In this document: positions 63,539-64,000 of the stretch, one piece after another
How positions within the stretch are numbered: position 1 is the first letter of the stretch
Layout: the number at the start of each line of letters is the position of its first letter
NCBI GenBank assembly: GCA_034439575.1
Contig: JAWXAQ010000007.1
Location: forward strand, 224,001-288,000
Direction of reading: 5' to 3'
Origin: Leptospira sp.
Lineage (GTDB): Bacteria; Spirochaetota; Leptospiria; Leptospirales; Leptospiraceae
DNA: 64,000 nucleotides
Notes under the pieces: generated by a model
The model's input: only the letters and a program-made list of their open reading frames with translations
What the model was told of the DNA's origin: nothing
Databases searched by the model: none
Position numbers and translations under genes: made by a program

Positions 63539-63617
63539 ATTTCTTTCTATTTTTAATTTTCTTGTTTTTTAGTGGATTCGCCGATAAATTAAGTAATCAG
63601 GATTTCAGAAAGATCTC

Positions 63618-64000
63618 ATGCTGAACAAGAAACCCTCACTCACCGGAAGACAAAAGGCCGCCATTTTTCTAGTTGCCGTTGGCAATGAAGTTGCTGCGGA
63701 CATTTTTAAGCACCTGCGAGAAGATGAGATTGAACAAATTACTTTCGAAATAGCCAGATTAGACAAAATCACTCCAGAAGATAAAGAGAAGGTGTTAGTT
63801 GAGTTCAATGAACTCATGATGGCACAAGAATTTATAACAAATGGTGGTATTGACTTTGCCAGGGGATTATTAGAAAAAGCTCTCGGAAATCAGAAAGCCA
63901 TTGATATAATCAATCGTCTAACATCATCTTTACAGGTAAGACCATTTGACTTTATTCGACGCACAGATCCTGCGCACTTATTAAACTTTATCCAAGGTGA
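63618..64000 (+). CDS. fliG: Flagellar motor switch protein FliG (N-terminal part; runs off the window)
   Basis: Hand translation: MLNKKPSLTGRQKAAIFLVAVG...GGIDFARGLLEKALG...PFDFIRRTDP. Confidence 0.96.
   Translation, partial: MLNKKPSLTGRQKAAIFLVAVGNEVAADIFKHLREDEIEQITFEIARLDKITPEDKEKVLVEFNELMMAQEFITNGGIDFARGLLEKALGNQKAIDIINRLTSSLQVRPFDFIRRTDPAHLLNFIQG

Noticed and set aside
63605-63817. 70-aa minus-strand ORF
   Set aside because: Antisense shadow of fliG

Overview
Origin-of-replication region of a low-GC spirochaete chromosome. Gene content and protein sequences point to Leptospira (bactofilin-M23 pair, TRL-like and HmuY lipoproteins, plastid-type FNR, plant-type H+-PPase, FliG); this is an inference and the species cannot be called. 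From left to right: gyrB(partial)-dciA-recF-dnaN-[oriC]-dnaA-holB-ilvE; mnmG; rsmG-parA-parB with two intragenic parS sites; ABC exporter, yaaR, bactofilin, M23; tatD-serS-OmpA-SBP-OM barrel; a minus-strand run of four tRNAs (3 Ser, 1 Arg) interleaved with a membrane ORF, tadA, dnaX, ybaB and recR; an RNA methyltransferase; a GT4-bfd-cupin-hydrolase run; folE, acs, hppA; a 7-gene lipoprotein/transporter block; SNF2 helicase-queE; VWA-STAS; PC4-FNR; a TonB-receptor/HmuY haem-uptake cluster; GGDEF-EAL; M23; two beta-propeller lipoproteins; fliG(partial). Most notable observations: (1) tRNA-Arg(ACG) is overlapped by the 3' end of the upstream CDS and ends 1 nt before the TTG start of its own editing enzyme TadA, with both CDSs in frame across one amber codon; (2) oriC carries a repeated non-canonical TTATGTC/TGTC motif and DnaA has an altered recognition helix; (3) a Fur-like operator is shared by bfd and the haem cluster; (4) 9-bp direct repeats flank two accessory gene cassettes; (5) two divergent genes share one CATG. 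No CRISPR array, rRNA, transposase or integrase was seen. All product calls come from motif recognition, not database searches.
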